A model generated the notes under the pieces. It was not told where the DNA came from and ran no database searches. It was given only the letters and a program-made list of their open reading frames with translations. 64,000 bases of DNA from an uncultured Phycisphaerales bacterium (GTDB taxonomy: Bacteria; Planctomycetota; Phycisphaerae; Tepidisphaerales; Tepidisphaeraceae), in the NCBI GenBank assembly GCA_963758525.1, contig CAVWVQ010000003.1:3200001-3264000 (forward strand), in the 5' to 3' direction. Positions 42,472-53,860 of the stretch are shown here, piece after piece (position 1 is the first letter of the stretch; each line of letters begins with the position of its first letter). A program made the translations under genes and the position numbers.

Positions 42472-43290
42472 CTACACAACCGTTTGTATCGAAAAGCCCG
42501 CCCTCTTGCGCCGTTGTTCGCGCCGTCGGGCGAGCGGTCTGGTAAAGCGCTTGGGATACATGATTCTAGCGATTCTTCGGATTGCGATGTCGAGCAGCGT
42601 GTGGACGACCGAACAAAAGTTCACGAGAGTGAAGGCCTTCGTTGACCCGCTGGTGCGCTCCTGCGGCATGATCGGCACTTCGATGTAGTCTGCTCCCAAG
42701 TCCAGCAGGCGCACGACAAGATCTGCCTGAAAACCAAATCCGTGCGCGTTGGAATGCCATCGCATGACATCGGATCTGTTGCAAATAGGCAGTCCGTTGT
42801 AGTACTTGATGTGGTAACCGCCGATCAGGTTCACGGCGCCGGTGAAAATCTTGGAGATCACCCTGCGCAGCCACCGCCGCACACTTTGATCGACGTGATA
42901 GCACAGAATCATGTCTGCCTCGCCCAGGTGCTTCAGCACGGAGAGAAAAACTTCCTTCGACTCCACGTCGTCTCCACAGACCATACGGTAGTACTCACCG
43001 GTCCCGTGGAACGCCGCCTCGGCGTAATTGTTTCCGACGCCCGCATTCATCTCATTGACCAGCAGTTTGATCTTCTCCTGAGGGTGATCCGCCATGAACC
43101 GCTGGATCAGCTCGACGGAGCGATCGCGCGACGCATCGTCCACAATGACAATATCATAGGTGATCGGCAGTTCGTGGACGGCCGATAGAAGCGTCTCCAG
43201 CGTGCCGAGAATACCGCCTTCCTCGTTATAGCAGGCGATAAAAAAGGTAATGTCGCAGACGTGCGTTGGTTGTAGATCAGCTTGAGTCAC
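42472..43290 (-). CDS. Glycosyltransferase family 2 (DPM/GtrB-like)
   Basis: IACYNEE, VDDASRD, GFGFQADL, ERTSGSTK. Confidence 0.88.
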   Translation of the reverse strand: MTQADLQPTHVCDITFFIACYNEEGGILGTLETLLSAVHELPITYDIVIVDDASRDRSVELIQRFMADHPQEKIKLLVNEMNAGVGNNYAEAAFHGTGEYYRMVCGDDVESKEVFLSVLKHLGEADMILCYHVDQSVRRWLRRVISKIFTGAVNLIGGYHIKYYNGLPICNRSDVMRWHSNAHGFGFQADLVVRLLDLGADYIEVPIMPQERTSGSTKAFTLVNFCSVVHTLLDIAIRRIARIMYPKRFTRPLARRREQRRKRAGFSIQTVV

Positions 43291-43467
43291 TTGTTCCTCG
43301 CTCAGCGAAGTTGACTTCCCCGGCGAACGCGGGTCAAGCGCAGCGCTTAAAATGGCTTGTTCTTGACGTGGGGTATTGCAACTCGGACAATTGCCTGAGG
43401 GCTGTTCTTTTGATCGGCGTCACCAGCATTGACTTCACGCAACGCCACAAAGTGCGCACCCTCTCCT

Positions 43468-44736
43468 ATGCGACACGACAACTTTAAGAGGATCGAGAGT
43501 TGCCGCATTTGCGGCAATGTCAACTTGGTCCCCATCATTGATCTCGGGGTCCAGTCGCAGACCGGCATTTTTCCAAAAACGTCCGCCGTTGAAATCACGC
43601 GGGGGCCGCTGGAGTTGGTGAAATGCCACTCGGAAATCGCCGAGCAGTGTGGCTTGGTGCAGCTGGCCGCTTCCTACGAACCGTCTGAGCTATACGGGGA
43701 CAACTACGGCTACCGATCCGGGCTCAATCAAACAATGGTCAGGCATCTGGAGCAGCTTGTTGCCCGGTTGCGTCAGACGATCAAGCTCGCTGCCGGTGAC
43801 CTTGTCATCGATGTCGGCAGCAACGACGGCACGCTCCTTTCGTTCTATCCACCCGGTCAGGCCACCCTCGTCGGAATTGATCCCACCGGCACGAAATTTC
43901 GCCGTTTTTATCGGAATGACATCCAACTGATCTCCGACTTCTTCTCAGCTGCTGCCGTGCGCGACAAATTTGGCGGTCGCAAAGCGCGCGTGGTGACTTC
44001 CGTGGCAATGTTTTATGACCTTGAACGACCCACCGTCTTTGCGAGCGAGGTCGCCGAGGTACTGGCCGACGACGGTGTTTGGACCTTCGAGCAGAGCTAT
44101 CTGCCGGCGATGCTGGAGACAAACTCCTACGACACGATCTGCCACGAGCACCTCGAGTACTATGCGATGCGGCAGATCAAGTGGATCATCGACCGCGCCG
44201 GTCTCAAAATCATCGACGTCACTCGCAACGACAGCAACGGCGGCAGCTTTGCCGTGACCGCTTCCAAGATCGATTCAAAATATCCGGCGGCCACTAACGC
44301 TGTTGCGCAGATGATCGAGGAGGAGGATATCGCCGGATTGAACTCATTGGACCTTTACGCTCAGTTCCAGGAGAACATTCTCACCCACAAGAACGAGCTC
44401 AAGAAGCTGTTAAAGGCCCTTCGGCAGGAGGGGAAACGGGTTCTCGGCTACGGCGCTTCGACAAAGGGGAACGTCATACTCCAGTATTGCGAGCTGACTG
44501 CGGCCGACGTTCCGTGCATTGCCGACGTCAATCCTGACAAATTCGGCCACGTCACGCCTGGCACGCATATTCCCATCATCTCCGAGGCGGCGGCGCACGC
44601 GATGAATCCCGACTATTTTCTCGTGCTGCCGTGGCATTTTCGCCAGAACTTGATCGCTCGGGAATCAGAATTCCTCAAATCAGGCGGCAGAATGATTTTC
44701 CCGCTTCCCAAAATCGGGATCGTCGAACATGCCTGA
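43468..44736 (+). CDS. NDP-hexose C-methyltransferase-like protein
   Basis: CRICG Zn site, DVGSNDG, CHEHLEYY, NGGS, YGASTKGN, LPWHF, IFPLP. Confidence 0.9.
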   Translation: MRHDNFKRIESCRICGNVNLVPIIDLGVQSQTGIFPKTSAVEITRGPLELVKCHSEIAEQCGLVQLAASYEPSELYGDNYGYRSGLNQTMVRHLEQLVARLRQTIKLAAGDLVIDVGSNDGTLLSFYPPGQATLVGIDPTGTKFRRFYRNDIQLISDFFSAAAVRDKFGGRKARVVTSVAMFYDLERPTVFASEVAEVLADDGVWTFEQSYLPAMLETNSYDTICHEHLEYYAMRQIKWIIDRAGLKIIDVTRNDSNGGSFAVTASKIDSKYPAATNAVAQMIEEEDIAGLNSLDLYAQFQENILTHKNELKKLLKALRQEGKRVLGYGASTKGNVILQYCELTAADVPCIADVNPDKFGHVTPGTHIPIISEAAAHAMNPDYFLVLPWHFRQNLIARESEFLKSGGRMIFPLPKIGIVEHA

Positions 44737-45027
44737 TCCAAGGAAGGCGGTGATCATCGGAATCGCTGGCGATCATGGCAGTCCGCTTTGCGATGAAGCG
44801 ATGGTAAGGGTTGTCGCTGTCCGTTATCCCGGTGACTTCGTAATAGTCACCGGACGGCTTGGCCTTCGCTGGCAAGAGCGTGTGATTGAGGATTCATCGA
44901 TCCTGGTAAGCCGGCGCCCGACACTTCTCGGCAACGCCACAAAACTCTGCCATGCAACGGGCTGGTCCGCCTCGGTTGGTCCGGCGGCAATGGTAGACCA
45001 TCGGATGCGGGCGCGTGGAGTCAACCT

Positions 45028-46527
45028 ATGAAGCACCACAAGATGCTCATCGCCATCCCGACCTACAACGAACGGGAGAATGGCGAAAAAATGTGTCGGG
45101 AGATTCTGTGCATTTCCCTTCCGGCTGACCTGCTCTTCGTTGACGACAACTCTCCGGATGGAACGGGGGAGATTTTCGACCGACTGGCGGCTGAAAACCC
45201 GCTGGTCACCGCGGTACATCGCGCCGGAAAGCTCGGCATCGGATCGGCCCATTTGAGCATCATCGGTTATGCATATGATAACGACTATGAAACCCTCGTA
45301 ACGATGGATTGCGACTTCACTCATTCGCCTTCGGACATTCCGCGTCTCCTCGCGAAGCACGACGGGCACGACCTTACTTTAGGTTCTCGCTATCTTGAGC
45401 CCGGAAGCCTGCCAGGATGGAACGTGATGCGACGATTTCTTACGGCGACCGGTCACTTTCTGACTAGTTCCTTATTAGGGCTGAGATTTGATGCTACCGG
45501 AGCGTTTCGCGTCTATCAGCTGACCACAATTCCGCGGGAAGTCTTCGATCTTGTCCTTGCACCCGGGTATGCGTTTTTCTTCGAAAGCTTGTTTGTCATC
45601 CACGTGAACGGCTTCAAGATCAATGAACTGGCAATCGTTCTTCCGGCCCGCACATACGGGCACTCGAAAATGTCATTGAAGGAGGCCGGACGCAGTGCAC
45701 GACAGGTAATCTCGCTCGCCGTTGCCTCAAAAGTAAACCCGGGACAGTTCCAGTCGACCGGGAGTCCGATCGAACTGGACCTGAAACTGGTGGACCCGCA
45801 GCATTGGGATGCGTATTGGGAACGCAAAAGCCGCAAGAGCAACATCGCCTACGATGTGATCGCCGCCATCTATCGAAAGCTGTTCATCCGTCCGCGACTG
45901 AAGCGCGCGATTACGCGAACATTCCCCACCGGTGCAAGGCTTCTCCACGCCGGATGCGGCGGGGGCCAGGTGGACGCCGAGCTGCAGGCACTGATGCGCA
46001 TTACCGCGCTGGATATCTCCGCCGCGGCGCTGAGACAATACCAGAAGAACAATCCAGCCGTCTTTGCGATCAAGCACGGCGACATCCTTTCGCTGGACTT
46101 GCCTGACCAGTCGTTCGACGGCATCTACAACCTCGGAGTGATGGAACATTTTACCGAGGACACGATCGTTCGGATATTCCGCGAATTCGGGCGAGTATTG
46201 GTTCCCGGCGGGAAGCTTGTGATCTTCTGGCCTCACGTCCACGCTCCCAGCGTATATGTTCTGAACTTCGCGCACTGGATCCTGAACGATGTGCTGAAAA
46301 AAGGAGTCCAGCTGCACCCCGCCGAAGTCTCCCTGCTCCGTTCGCGAGAGCAGGTCGAACGTAATCTGTCGCGCGCCGATTTTCGGATGGATGAATATCG
46401 CATCAGTGCATCAGACCTGTATATTCAGGCAGTGATTATTGCCCAGAAGAATGAGCCGAACCGTCGCGTCGAACTCGCGGCGGAGCCCACGTTGGCCGGG
46501 TCCGGTGCAGTCGAAACCCCTGTTTAA
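45028..46527 (+). CDS. DPM1-like GT2 fused to a SAM methyltransferase domain
   Basis: PTYNEREN, DDNSPDGT, MDCDFTHSP, DATGAFR; then LHAGCGGG, FDGIYNLGVMEHF, LVPGG in one frame. Confidence 0.88.
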   Translation: MKHHKMLIAIPTYNERENGEKMCREILCISLPADLLFVDDNSPDGTGEIFDRLAAENPLVTAVHRAGKLGIGSAHLSIIGYAYDNDYETLVTMDCDFTHSPSDIPRLLAKHDGHDLTLGSRYLEPGSLPGWNVMRRFLTATGHFLTSSLLGLRFDATGAFRVYQLTTIPREVFDLVLAPGYAFFFESLFVIHVNGFKINELAIVLPARTYGHSKMSLKEAGRSARQVISLAVASKVNPGQFQSTGSPIELDLKLVDPQHWDAYWERKSRKSNIAYDVIAAIYRKLFIRPRLKRAITRTFPTGARLLHAGCGGGQVDAELQALMRITALDISAAALRQYQKNNPAVFAIKHGDILSLDLPDQSFDGIYNLGVMEHFTEDTIVRIFREFGRVLVPGGKLVIFWPHVHAPSVYVLNFAHWILNDVLKKGVQLHPAEVSLLRSREQVERNLSRADFRMDEYRISASDLYIQAVIIAQKNEPNRRVELAAEPTLAGSGAVETPV

Positions 46528-46537
46528 ATGAGGATGG

Positions 46538-48103
46538 ATGACGACGGTTTCTCACGATGCCTTGAGCTCGCGCCCCGCCCTGAAGCCCGAATTGTCTTTC
46601 TGGAGCACTTACGGCCTGGCAATCGGCCTTGCCACCCTGTTCTGCGCCGTGAACTCGTATCTCGTATTCCACCATGTCATGTGGCGGGATGAGTGGCATG
46701 TCTGGCAGGTCACGCACGACACCCACTCGCTCGCCGAAATGCTCCACGAAATCAAGGGCGCTGGACGTCCCGCAGGTTGGTATCTCGTCGCATGGGCGGT
46801 CGGCCGCCTCGGCTTTTATCCCGTTGGTCTGAAAGTGACTCATATCGCTATCTCGACGACGTACGTCTTTCTCTTTGCGCAGTATTCGCCGTTCACCCGG
46901 CTGCAAAAGGCGCTCTTCACGTTCAGCTACTTTCCCTTATATGAGTTCGGCACAATTCTCCGCGACTACGACGTCGAGATGATCCTCTTCATCATCGCGT
47001 GCATCCTGTTTGTATCCTCACGACGACGACCATTGGCGCTCGCAATCACGCTCGCGCTGCTGTTTCAGATTTCGTTCTTCGGAATCATGATCGGCTGCGC
47101 GCTTGTCGCCGCGTATTTGTATGAACTCTGGGACACACGCGATGAGAAGTCACAAAGAATTTCCATCGGCGACACGGCCGCCGCTGCCGCGGTCATGTTG
47201 TTCAGTCTCCTCCTCGCGTACATCGTCATGCGCCCAACACATGATGCGTGGGTGAATGGTGTTGTCCCAACGAATGACCCGGTCGAGTCGAAAGTTCTTT
47301 CCACGTTTCCCCTGGTGTACATTGGGTATCTCCCAATCCCCGAAGCGGGCTCTTGGAACTCGAGTATTCTAAATGGGCATGGGGCCATCATGCTTATCGC
47401 TGGCTTCGAGCTTTTGGTGATCGGAGCCGCGCTTTTGCGCGGGCAAACAAGAGCACTTGTCTTTTACTTGCTTGGTACCGCCGTAGTCCTGTTATTTCTG
47501 GCATATCAGGATACGCTCAGAGCGGTTAGATATCCGAGCCATTTCTTCATCGTGTTTCTGCTTAGTCAGTGGCTCCTTTTATCAACGAAATCCAGCACAT
47601 CTATTCCGGCGCCCTCAATCTGGAAGCGGGACCGATTCGCATATTTATTTTTGACGGGCTTACTGATCGCCCAGTGCTATTCTTCAGTCATCGCAATTGC
47701 GACCGAGATGGCCACGCCTCTATCCGGCGCGCTAGAAGCCGCGCAGATCATCCGCTCAACGGCGCCGCCGGATGTGCCGGTCATCGGCGATCCCGATTAC
47801 GCAATGCCCTCGGTTGCGGCATATCTGGGAAGACCGATTTACATCGCTTGGCGGCGGGAGTATTCGACGTATATCCGCACGGATACGAAGCGACGGGTCG
47901 ATCGCATGCCAGCTCCGATGCTGGGTGATCGGGTGCGAGAGTTCGTGCGGCAAAATGGGCGCGACGTTGTTCTTGTGATCAATTATGCGCCGGATGGGAC
48001 ACTGGATCTCGGTGGGGCACGTTTAATTGGTCAGGTGACTCGTGCCCTGACGGATGAAAAATACCTTATAATCCTCGTTCCCTGCACCACCGGGCACTCA
48101 TAG
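46538..48103 (+). CDS. Polytopic membrane protein, GT-C-like
   Basis: HHVMWRDE motif after TM1, roughly ten TM segments and a soluble C-terminal domain. Confidence 0.7.
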   Translation: MTTVSHDALSSRPALKPELSFWSTYGLAIGLATLFCAVNSYLVFHHVMWRDEWHVWQVTHDTHSLAEMLHEIKGAGRPAGWYLVAWAVGRLGFYPVGLKVTHIAISTTYVFLFAQYSPFTRLQKALFTFSYFPLYEFGTILRDYDVEMILFIIACILFVSSRRRPLALAITLALLFQISFFGIMIGCALVAAYLYELWDTRDEKSQRISIGDTAAAAAVMLFSLLLAYIVMRPTHDAWVNGVVPTNDPVESKVLSTFPLVYIGYLPIPEAGSWNSSILNGHGAIMLIAGFELLVIGAALLRGQTRALVFYLLGTAVVLLFLAYQDTLRAVRYPSHFFIVFLLSQWLLLSTKSSTSIPAPSIWKRDRFAYLFLTGLLIAQCYSSVIAIATEMATPLSGALEAAQIIRSTAPPDVPVIGDPDYAMPSVAAYLGRPIYIAWRREYSTYIRTDTKRRVDRMPAPMLGDRVREFVRQNGRDVVLVINYAPDGTLDLGGARLIGQVTRALTDEKYLIILVPCTTGHS

Positions 48104-48161
48104 TTCTGAAGGCGTGCGGCAAATCCCATCCGTCAGCCCTCGTCGGGAGTAGTCCGGAATT

Positions 48162-50102
48162 TTACCCACCGAGGCGAAATAATCTGATCCCGTCCCGCCG
48201 AAACAGTACCTGTTCACGACTATCCAGCAAGTCGATGTTGTGCATGCAGTCAAAGAAATACGGCTTGTACAAGTAAAACACTGGATTGGAGTAGATTACC
48301 CGATTCGCGTCATTGGGCCGACTGTACCAGGAAGTCTGGTCTTGGTCGAAATCTACCGCCGCCACGTAGTCGATGTGCTGTGATTTCAGGTAACGCTTCA
48401 ATCCATCAGGCCCCTCGAAAAAGGGGAGTCCCGGGTATGGTCCGTACGGCAAAAGCATGTCTGCGTTAAAGATCTGATTTCGCCGATAGTCCAGCAGGTT
48501 TGGGTAGTTCAAGATGGTGAAGAGCGACGCGCCCTTCGGAATGGAATATTGCAGGTCGCGGTAATCTGCCTGCTGATACGAAAATATCGCCGCGGATGGC
48601 GCTGGCGTTTTCATGCCCACTACATTCAATTCCCATAGAAATCGCGGATCCCCGAGCCAATAAATATATGCTCCAATCGCCACGAATGCGACGATGTTCG
48701 GCACCAATCGCTTCGCGAAGTATCGTGCCGTCATGGCCGTGACAAGTATCGCTAGGCTCATGCTGAACATGATCGGAAAGGTAAAACGATAGAGATCCTT
48801 TATAAAATTAATCGTCGGTGAATTTCCGGCCACGGTAATGATTGTGGTCGCAAATCCCGCTCCCGCGGCGCACAGTGCCGCACGGCTGCTTCGACAGCGG
48901 CGAAACGGAGGAAAGAGGATCGGCAGCAGGAGTGGCGTTAGGAGCCAGGGGATCGGACCCCAAGACAAAAATTGTCCGACCCATCGCAGATAAGCAACGG
49001 GGCTGGCATCCATCCGGAGCAGAAGATGAAATCCGCGCTCGTTTCCCTTCATCAAAGGCCAAAGAAACGTGCGTGACGAAAGAAACAGCAAAAGGGACCA
49101 GGGAATCAGAAACAAACATGCCTTGAAGGAATCCAGAGCCGCATCCTTCAAACGCTCGAAGGCCGACCGATCAGTCGTCACGGAAATACGCCACAGGATC
49201 AGCGTGCCAAACCCGGCGATCAGGTCATTCACACGCAAGGTGCTGACGGCCGCAACGATGATCACAGTCACCCAGCCAATACGCTTGCGCTGTGCTGGCA
49301 TTCCCTTCTCCAGAGCGAGCGTCCGAAAGAGCGAGAGAAACAACATCACGCCCGTCGCCAGGCTCTGCGAATTCGCGCGAGGGACGGCTGTCATGAATGA
49401 AAGCACGATCAGCAAACCGGCGAAGAGGAGCTGGCGGGTGTTTCGCGGCCGAAGGAATCCGTAAATCAGAGCGCCGATCACTATCGGGCAAATTCCCATC
49501 TCCAGCGCCCACACCATGTCCGTGGAGGACCCCGAGAAGACTTGGGCGCATAGAAAAGCATGGCCGCCAAAAGTCGCCAGCCGCCTCTGACTAAACGGCT
49601 CGATGAGCGTTCCCGTCTGAAGCATGCGAATGGGGAACACCATGTACGCGAGATAGTCGTCGTAGGGGTTTAAGCAATACGGCTGATGAACCGATCCGGT
49701 GTACAGGAAAGCCAACGCAAGAATGCAGGGGCCGATGAATAGGAGCGCCGGGATGAGGCGTCTTCTCGTTTTTACCAGCGTGTGCTTGACGACTTTTGGT
49801 GACGCACGCCAACGCCGGTATCGTGGCAGCCAACGTCGGAAGCGAAGAATCAGTCCCGCAAGTTCACATAGCAGTCCGGTCACCACAAGCGCGATGACAA
49901 CCGGCTGATACGAGATGTGGCAGAGATTCAGCACGCCCCCGATGGCGATCGTGACCGACGCTCCCCAGCCCGCTCGAATTCCCCAGTCCGCTGAGCGCCG
50001 GTCGGTGATGCGGAGGGCGCTTCGCAGCAGCCCGCCCCATCCTGCCCAGGAAACGATGACACACAGACCCCAGAGGTAGTCGCAGACGTAGGTGAGGTCC
50101 AT
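48162..50102 (-). CDS. Polytopic membrane protein, possibly GT-C-like
   Basis: 646-aa ORF with many TM segments and an NPYDDYLAY acidic loop. Confidence 0.65.
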   Translation of the reverse strand: MDLTYVCDYLWGLCVIVSWAGWGGLLRSALRITDRRSADWGIRAGWGASVTIAIGGVLNLCHISYQPVVIALVVTGLLCELAGLILRFRRWLPRYRRWRASPKVVKHTLVKTRRRLIPALLFIGPCILALAFLYTGSVHQPYCLNPYDDYLAYMVFPIRMLQTGTLIEPFSQRRLATFGGHAFLCAQVFSGSSTDMVWALEMGICPIVIGALIYGFLRPRNTRQLLFAGLLIVLSFMTAVPRANSQSLATGVMLFLSLFRTLALEKGMPAQRKRIGWVTVIIVAAVSTLRVNDLIAGFGTLILWRISVTTDRSAFERLKDAALDSFKACLFLIPWSLLLFLSSRTFLWPLMKGNERGFHLLLRMDASPVAYLRWVGQFLSWGPIPWLLTPLLLPILFPPFRRCRSSRAALCAAGAGFATTIITVAGNSPTINFIKDLYRFTFPIMFSMSLAILVTAMTARYFAKRLVPNIVAFVAIGAYIYWLGDPRFLWELNVVGMKTPAPSAAIFSYQQADYRDLQYSIPKGASLFTILNYPNLLDYRRNQIFNADMLLPYGPYPGLPFFEGPDGLKRYLKSQHIDYVAAVDFDQDQTSWYSRPNDANRVIYSNPVFYLYKPYFFDCMHNIDLLDSREQVLFRRDGIRLFRLGG

Positions 50103-50249
50103 AAGCGGGTGGTGCCGGATCAGTCGCGCGCGGCCCGTTCGTATCCGTTCCGGACGTTGGCGCGGAGTAAAGGATTGGGCGGCCGATTCTGCTGAGTGGA
50201 TTCTATCAGCGCCAGCCTCCTCACAATAGGGCGGCGTTCAAACTCGTTC

Positions 50250-51335
50250 ATGTCGCAACAGCTTCTGTCACGCCTTCCGAAGTTCGATTACCATGCCGCA
50301 CCGTCCATGGAAGAAAGACCCTGCCCGATTTGCAAAATGACGGATCGCTCGCAGCTGGTCGCCGAGTCGACGGTCGACCGTGACCGGCTCGGGCAGTTTG
50401 CCTTCGCTTCGCGGAAGGTGCCGGAGTACATGCACCATCGACTGCTGCTGTGCGACCGCTGCGACCTGCTCTATTGCAGCCCTATCCCGAGCTCGAACAC
50501 ACTGGCACACGAATATGAGGCCGCCGCTTTCGACAGCGGGCCGGAAGCACGCTACGCCGCTGATACTTACGGCAAATTGCTGCCGTGGATCCGGAAGAAT
50601 CTTCCGGATAGTGACGGCGCGCTCGACATCGGCACGGGGGACGGGGCATTTCTGCAATCGCTGCTCTCCGCGGGATTCACGGGCGTCGTCGGAGTCGAGC
50701 CGTCGTCGGCTCCCATTGCGGCCGCCGATCCGTCGGTTCGGTCGTTGATCCAGCATGGGATGTTTCAGTCAGGCGCGTTTGCGGAGGGTCAGTTCAGCAT
50801 CGCCTGTTGCTTTCAAACGCTGGAGCACGTCACCGATCCGTTGGCAATCTGTGCCGAGGTATGCCGCGTCCTCAAGCCGGGCGGGGCGATCTTTCTGGTG
50901 GTGCACAACCGTTGCTCACTGTCGGCAAAGGTTCTCGGCCGCAAGTCGCCGATCTTCGATGTGGAGCATTTGCAACTCTTCTCCAAAAGCAGCATGAGGC
51001 GATTGCTCAGCGAAGCCGGGTTCGTCCGCCTGCGGGTGCGGGCCTTAGTCAACCGCTATCCGCTCCGTTATTGGACCCGGCTTTTTCCGTTGCCCTCGGG
51101 GGCGAAGGCGTCGGCGATTCGTTTCCTCGATGCGATCAAGCTCGGCCGGGTTCCAGTCGCGATTCCGGCGGGGAATATTGTCGCCATCGGCTTCAAACCA
51201 ATTGATGCCATGGGCGTGCGGGAATCTTCGGGCAAGAAGGAGCAAACTGCGTTTGCTCTGCCGCATTCGCAGGCTGGAAGCCCGCACCACAATGTGCTGC
51301 GCGGACATTCGCGCACGCCCGATGCCATCGCTTAG
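50250..51335 (+). CDS. SAM-dependent methyltransferase with an N-terminal Zn-binding motif
   Basis: CPIC...CDRC, LDIGTGDG, GVEPS, FQTLEHV, LKPGG. Confidence 0.88.
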   Translation: MSQQLLSRLPKFDYHAAPSMEERPCPICKMTDRSQLVAESTVDRDRLGQFAFASRKVPEYMHHRLLLCDRCDLLYCSPIPSSNTLAHEYEAAAFDSGPEARYAADTYGKLLPWIRKNLPDSDGALDIGTGDGAFLQSLLSAGFTGVVGVEPSSAPIAAADPSVRSLIQHGMFQSGAFAEGQFSIACCFQTLEHVTDPLAICAEVCRVLKPGGAIFLVVHNRCSLSAKVLGRKSPIFDVEHLQLFSKSSMRRLLSEAGFVRLRVRALVNRYPLRYWTRLFPLPSGAKASAIRFLDAIKLGRVPVAIPAGNIVAIGFKPIDAMGVRESSGKKEQTAFALPHSQAGSPHHNVLRGHSRTPDAIA

Positions 51336-51370
51336 CGCGGCCCCCGTATCGTCGCTCACTTCGGACCGGT

Positions 51371-53831
51371 ATGATCCTGGCTCGACCCCTTATGAAGATG
51401 CAAGCAATCCCCTGGATCGCCGGTTTTCACAACGTCTTCACGAAATTGCGCCGGCGTTCTCCATTCAGCAGTTTTACGCTCCACTCCGCCATCTTTTTCT
51501 TCGGGCTGACGCTCGCGTTTCTCGCAAGGCTTCTCTTCAACTCCACGCACCTGGTCTGGTCCGAGCAGGGGAACGATCTCCAGACCGCGACAGTTCCCTG
51601 GTGGACGTACGGCTATCAGGAGATGCTTCATGGCAATTTTCCGCTATGGAATCCGCACAATTTCTGCGGGACACCGTTCTTCTCAAATTTCAATCCGGGG
51701 ATGCTCTATCCGCTGCATCTGCTCAACCTGCTGCTGCCGCTGCAGCATGCGCTGAACATTATCTTCGCGATGAATGTCGCGATGAGCGGGTGGTTCACGT
51801 CGCTTTGGTGCAGACATCGGGGTGTTAGCGCGCTGGGCTCCATTATGGCCGGCGTTGTCTATATGTTTTCAGGGGCTTATTTCGCTCACAGTTACCCGGG
51901 GCATGAAGGGCCGATGGCGGCAATGACGCTGGCGCCGCTGATCTTCCTGTGTGTTGATGGAATCTTTGAATCCGAGGCCGCCGGATGGGTTCTTCTTGGA
52001 GCGCTCGCCGTTGGATTGCAGTGCCTAGCCGGTTTTCCGCAGGCGGTCTACTACACCGGGCTGATGTCCGCGTTCTACCTGGCACTGAGGCTGTTTTCCC
52101 ATGAAGAGCGCCTCGTGGTCGTCAAGAGATTTTTTCTGATCTACGCGGGTGGTGCGCTGATCGCCGCGGTCCAGTTGCTGCCGGGGTTGCAGACTTCCGG
52201 CGAATCCGTGCGGCAGGGGGGGAATCATTTTGAGTTCGCGGCAAGCTGCCCGCTCCCCCCGGAGAATCTGATTCAATTGCTCGCGCCGGGGCGCTGGGCG
52301 ACTTTCAACATTCGCCCTATGTGGGCACATGGTACCCCTGGGAAATCTCCGTGTTTTGCGGAGTCTCGACGCTGCTGCTCGCTGTCTGCGGCGCCCTCTT
52401 TGGCGATCCTCGACAGCGGCGTTTTGCCACGACGCTCGCGCTCGTATCGACTGTCCTGGCGCTGGGCGTGTATGTGAAGCCTGTTTTCACCGCGCTCTAT
52501 TACGCGATGCCGTTGTACGCCAGTTTCCGCAATGTCGGCCGGTTCAACTGGTTCATGACGCTGTACATCGCGATGCTCGCGGGCATCGGCTTCGACGTGT
52601 TAGTCCGCATGAGTCCCTGGAGGCGTTGGCCGACGGTAGTGGCAATCGCCAGCGCGGCGTGCCTGGGGCTCATTGCCCTTCTTCTGATGAATTCGGCCAA
52701 CGCGGGGGCAGCGGGCGCGTGGGGCCACTTCGTCGAGTGGCTCAGCGAAAGGAAAGGACAGGTCTTCAACCAGCCCGGAGTCGATGGCGCGGCCGCGACT
52801 CGCACCGGTTTGTTTGCAGCATCTCAATTCGCGTACAGCGCGGTGACGATGCTCTGCATGGCCGGGGCGCTGCTTTCGCTCCGCTGGTCTGCAACATTTC
52901 GGTATCTCCTGGCCGCGGTCACGATTGCCGAGCTGACGATCTTCGCCAACGGCCTCTTCGCCATGACTCAAATGCTTCAGCCGTACCCGACCAACTGGAC
53001 GACCGCCACCGAGGAGATGTCAAGAGACAGCCGCGTCCTCCATCCCACGCTGGAGTACCCCAACACAGCGATGATCTACGGCTTCGACGATGTGTATGGC
53101 TACGATCCGGTAAGCCTGAAGCGATTCTCCGATTTCTGCGCCGCCACGCAGGATCAAAATCCCGATCAGACCAATTTTGTAACGCAGATCGAGCGTCTTA
53201 CCTATCCGAAGCTATTTCAGTTGCTTCGCTGTGAGCTGGTTCTTTTCACGCGTCTGGAAACCGACGCGATCGGCAGCCGGATGCGCACTCCGTATGTCCT
53301 TCGTATCGACAGCCCGCTGCCGCGCCTTCTTCTGGTTCCTCGGTATGTCGTTGAACCCTCGCGCGACAAGCTCTTCGATCGGCTGCGCAGAAAGACTTTG
53401 ATCCGCGTTCAACCGTTCTGCTCGAATCCCCGCCAGAACTGGTCCCAGATTCGCCAGACCGCAAGAGCGCGCCTGGCTTCGCGTCGGTCCTCCGCTCATC
53501 GACCGACTGGCTGGAAATCGAGGCCGATCTTCCCGAGCCCGCGATCCTGATGGTGACCGATTCGTACAGCAAATACTGGCATGCGACGCCGATCGAACCT
53601 GGCCCGCAGACCAGCTACGCGGTAATGCCAGCCGACTATACGCTGCGCGCCATTCCCCTGGCTGCCGGGCGGCACCACATCATGCTTGAGTACGCTCCGA
53701 TCGGCTATAAGATCGGCAAGTGGATTTCGATCGTATCCACACTGGCGTGGGGATTTCTGTTGATTCTTTATTGGACAAGGCAGGAGACGAAGACCGAAGC
53801 GCCAGCGGAGGCCGCTCTGTCCACCGTATAG
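51371..53831 (+). CDS. YfhO-like GT-C membrane protein; frameshifts at ~52288 and ~53385
   Basis: PLWNPHNFCGTPF, LYPL, AVQLLP, GYDP, and the C-terminal DSYSKYWHA...ADYTLRAIPLAAGRHHIMLEY. Three ORFs join. Confidence 0.8.
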
Positions 53832-53860
53832 CGGGCGCCTCGCCAAAAGAAGTCCCAACG

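Noticed and set aside
44729..45031. 100-aa ORF bridging the C-methyltransferase and GT2 genes
   Set aside because: It overlaps both neighbours neatly but has no recognisable motif; insufficient support.
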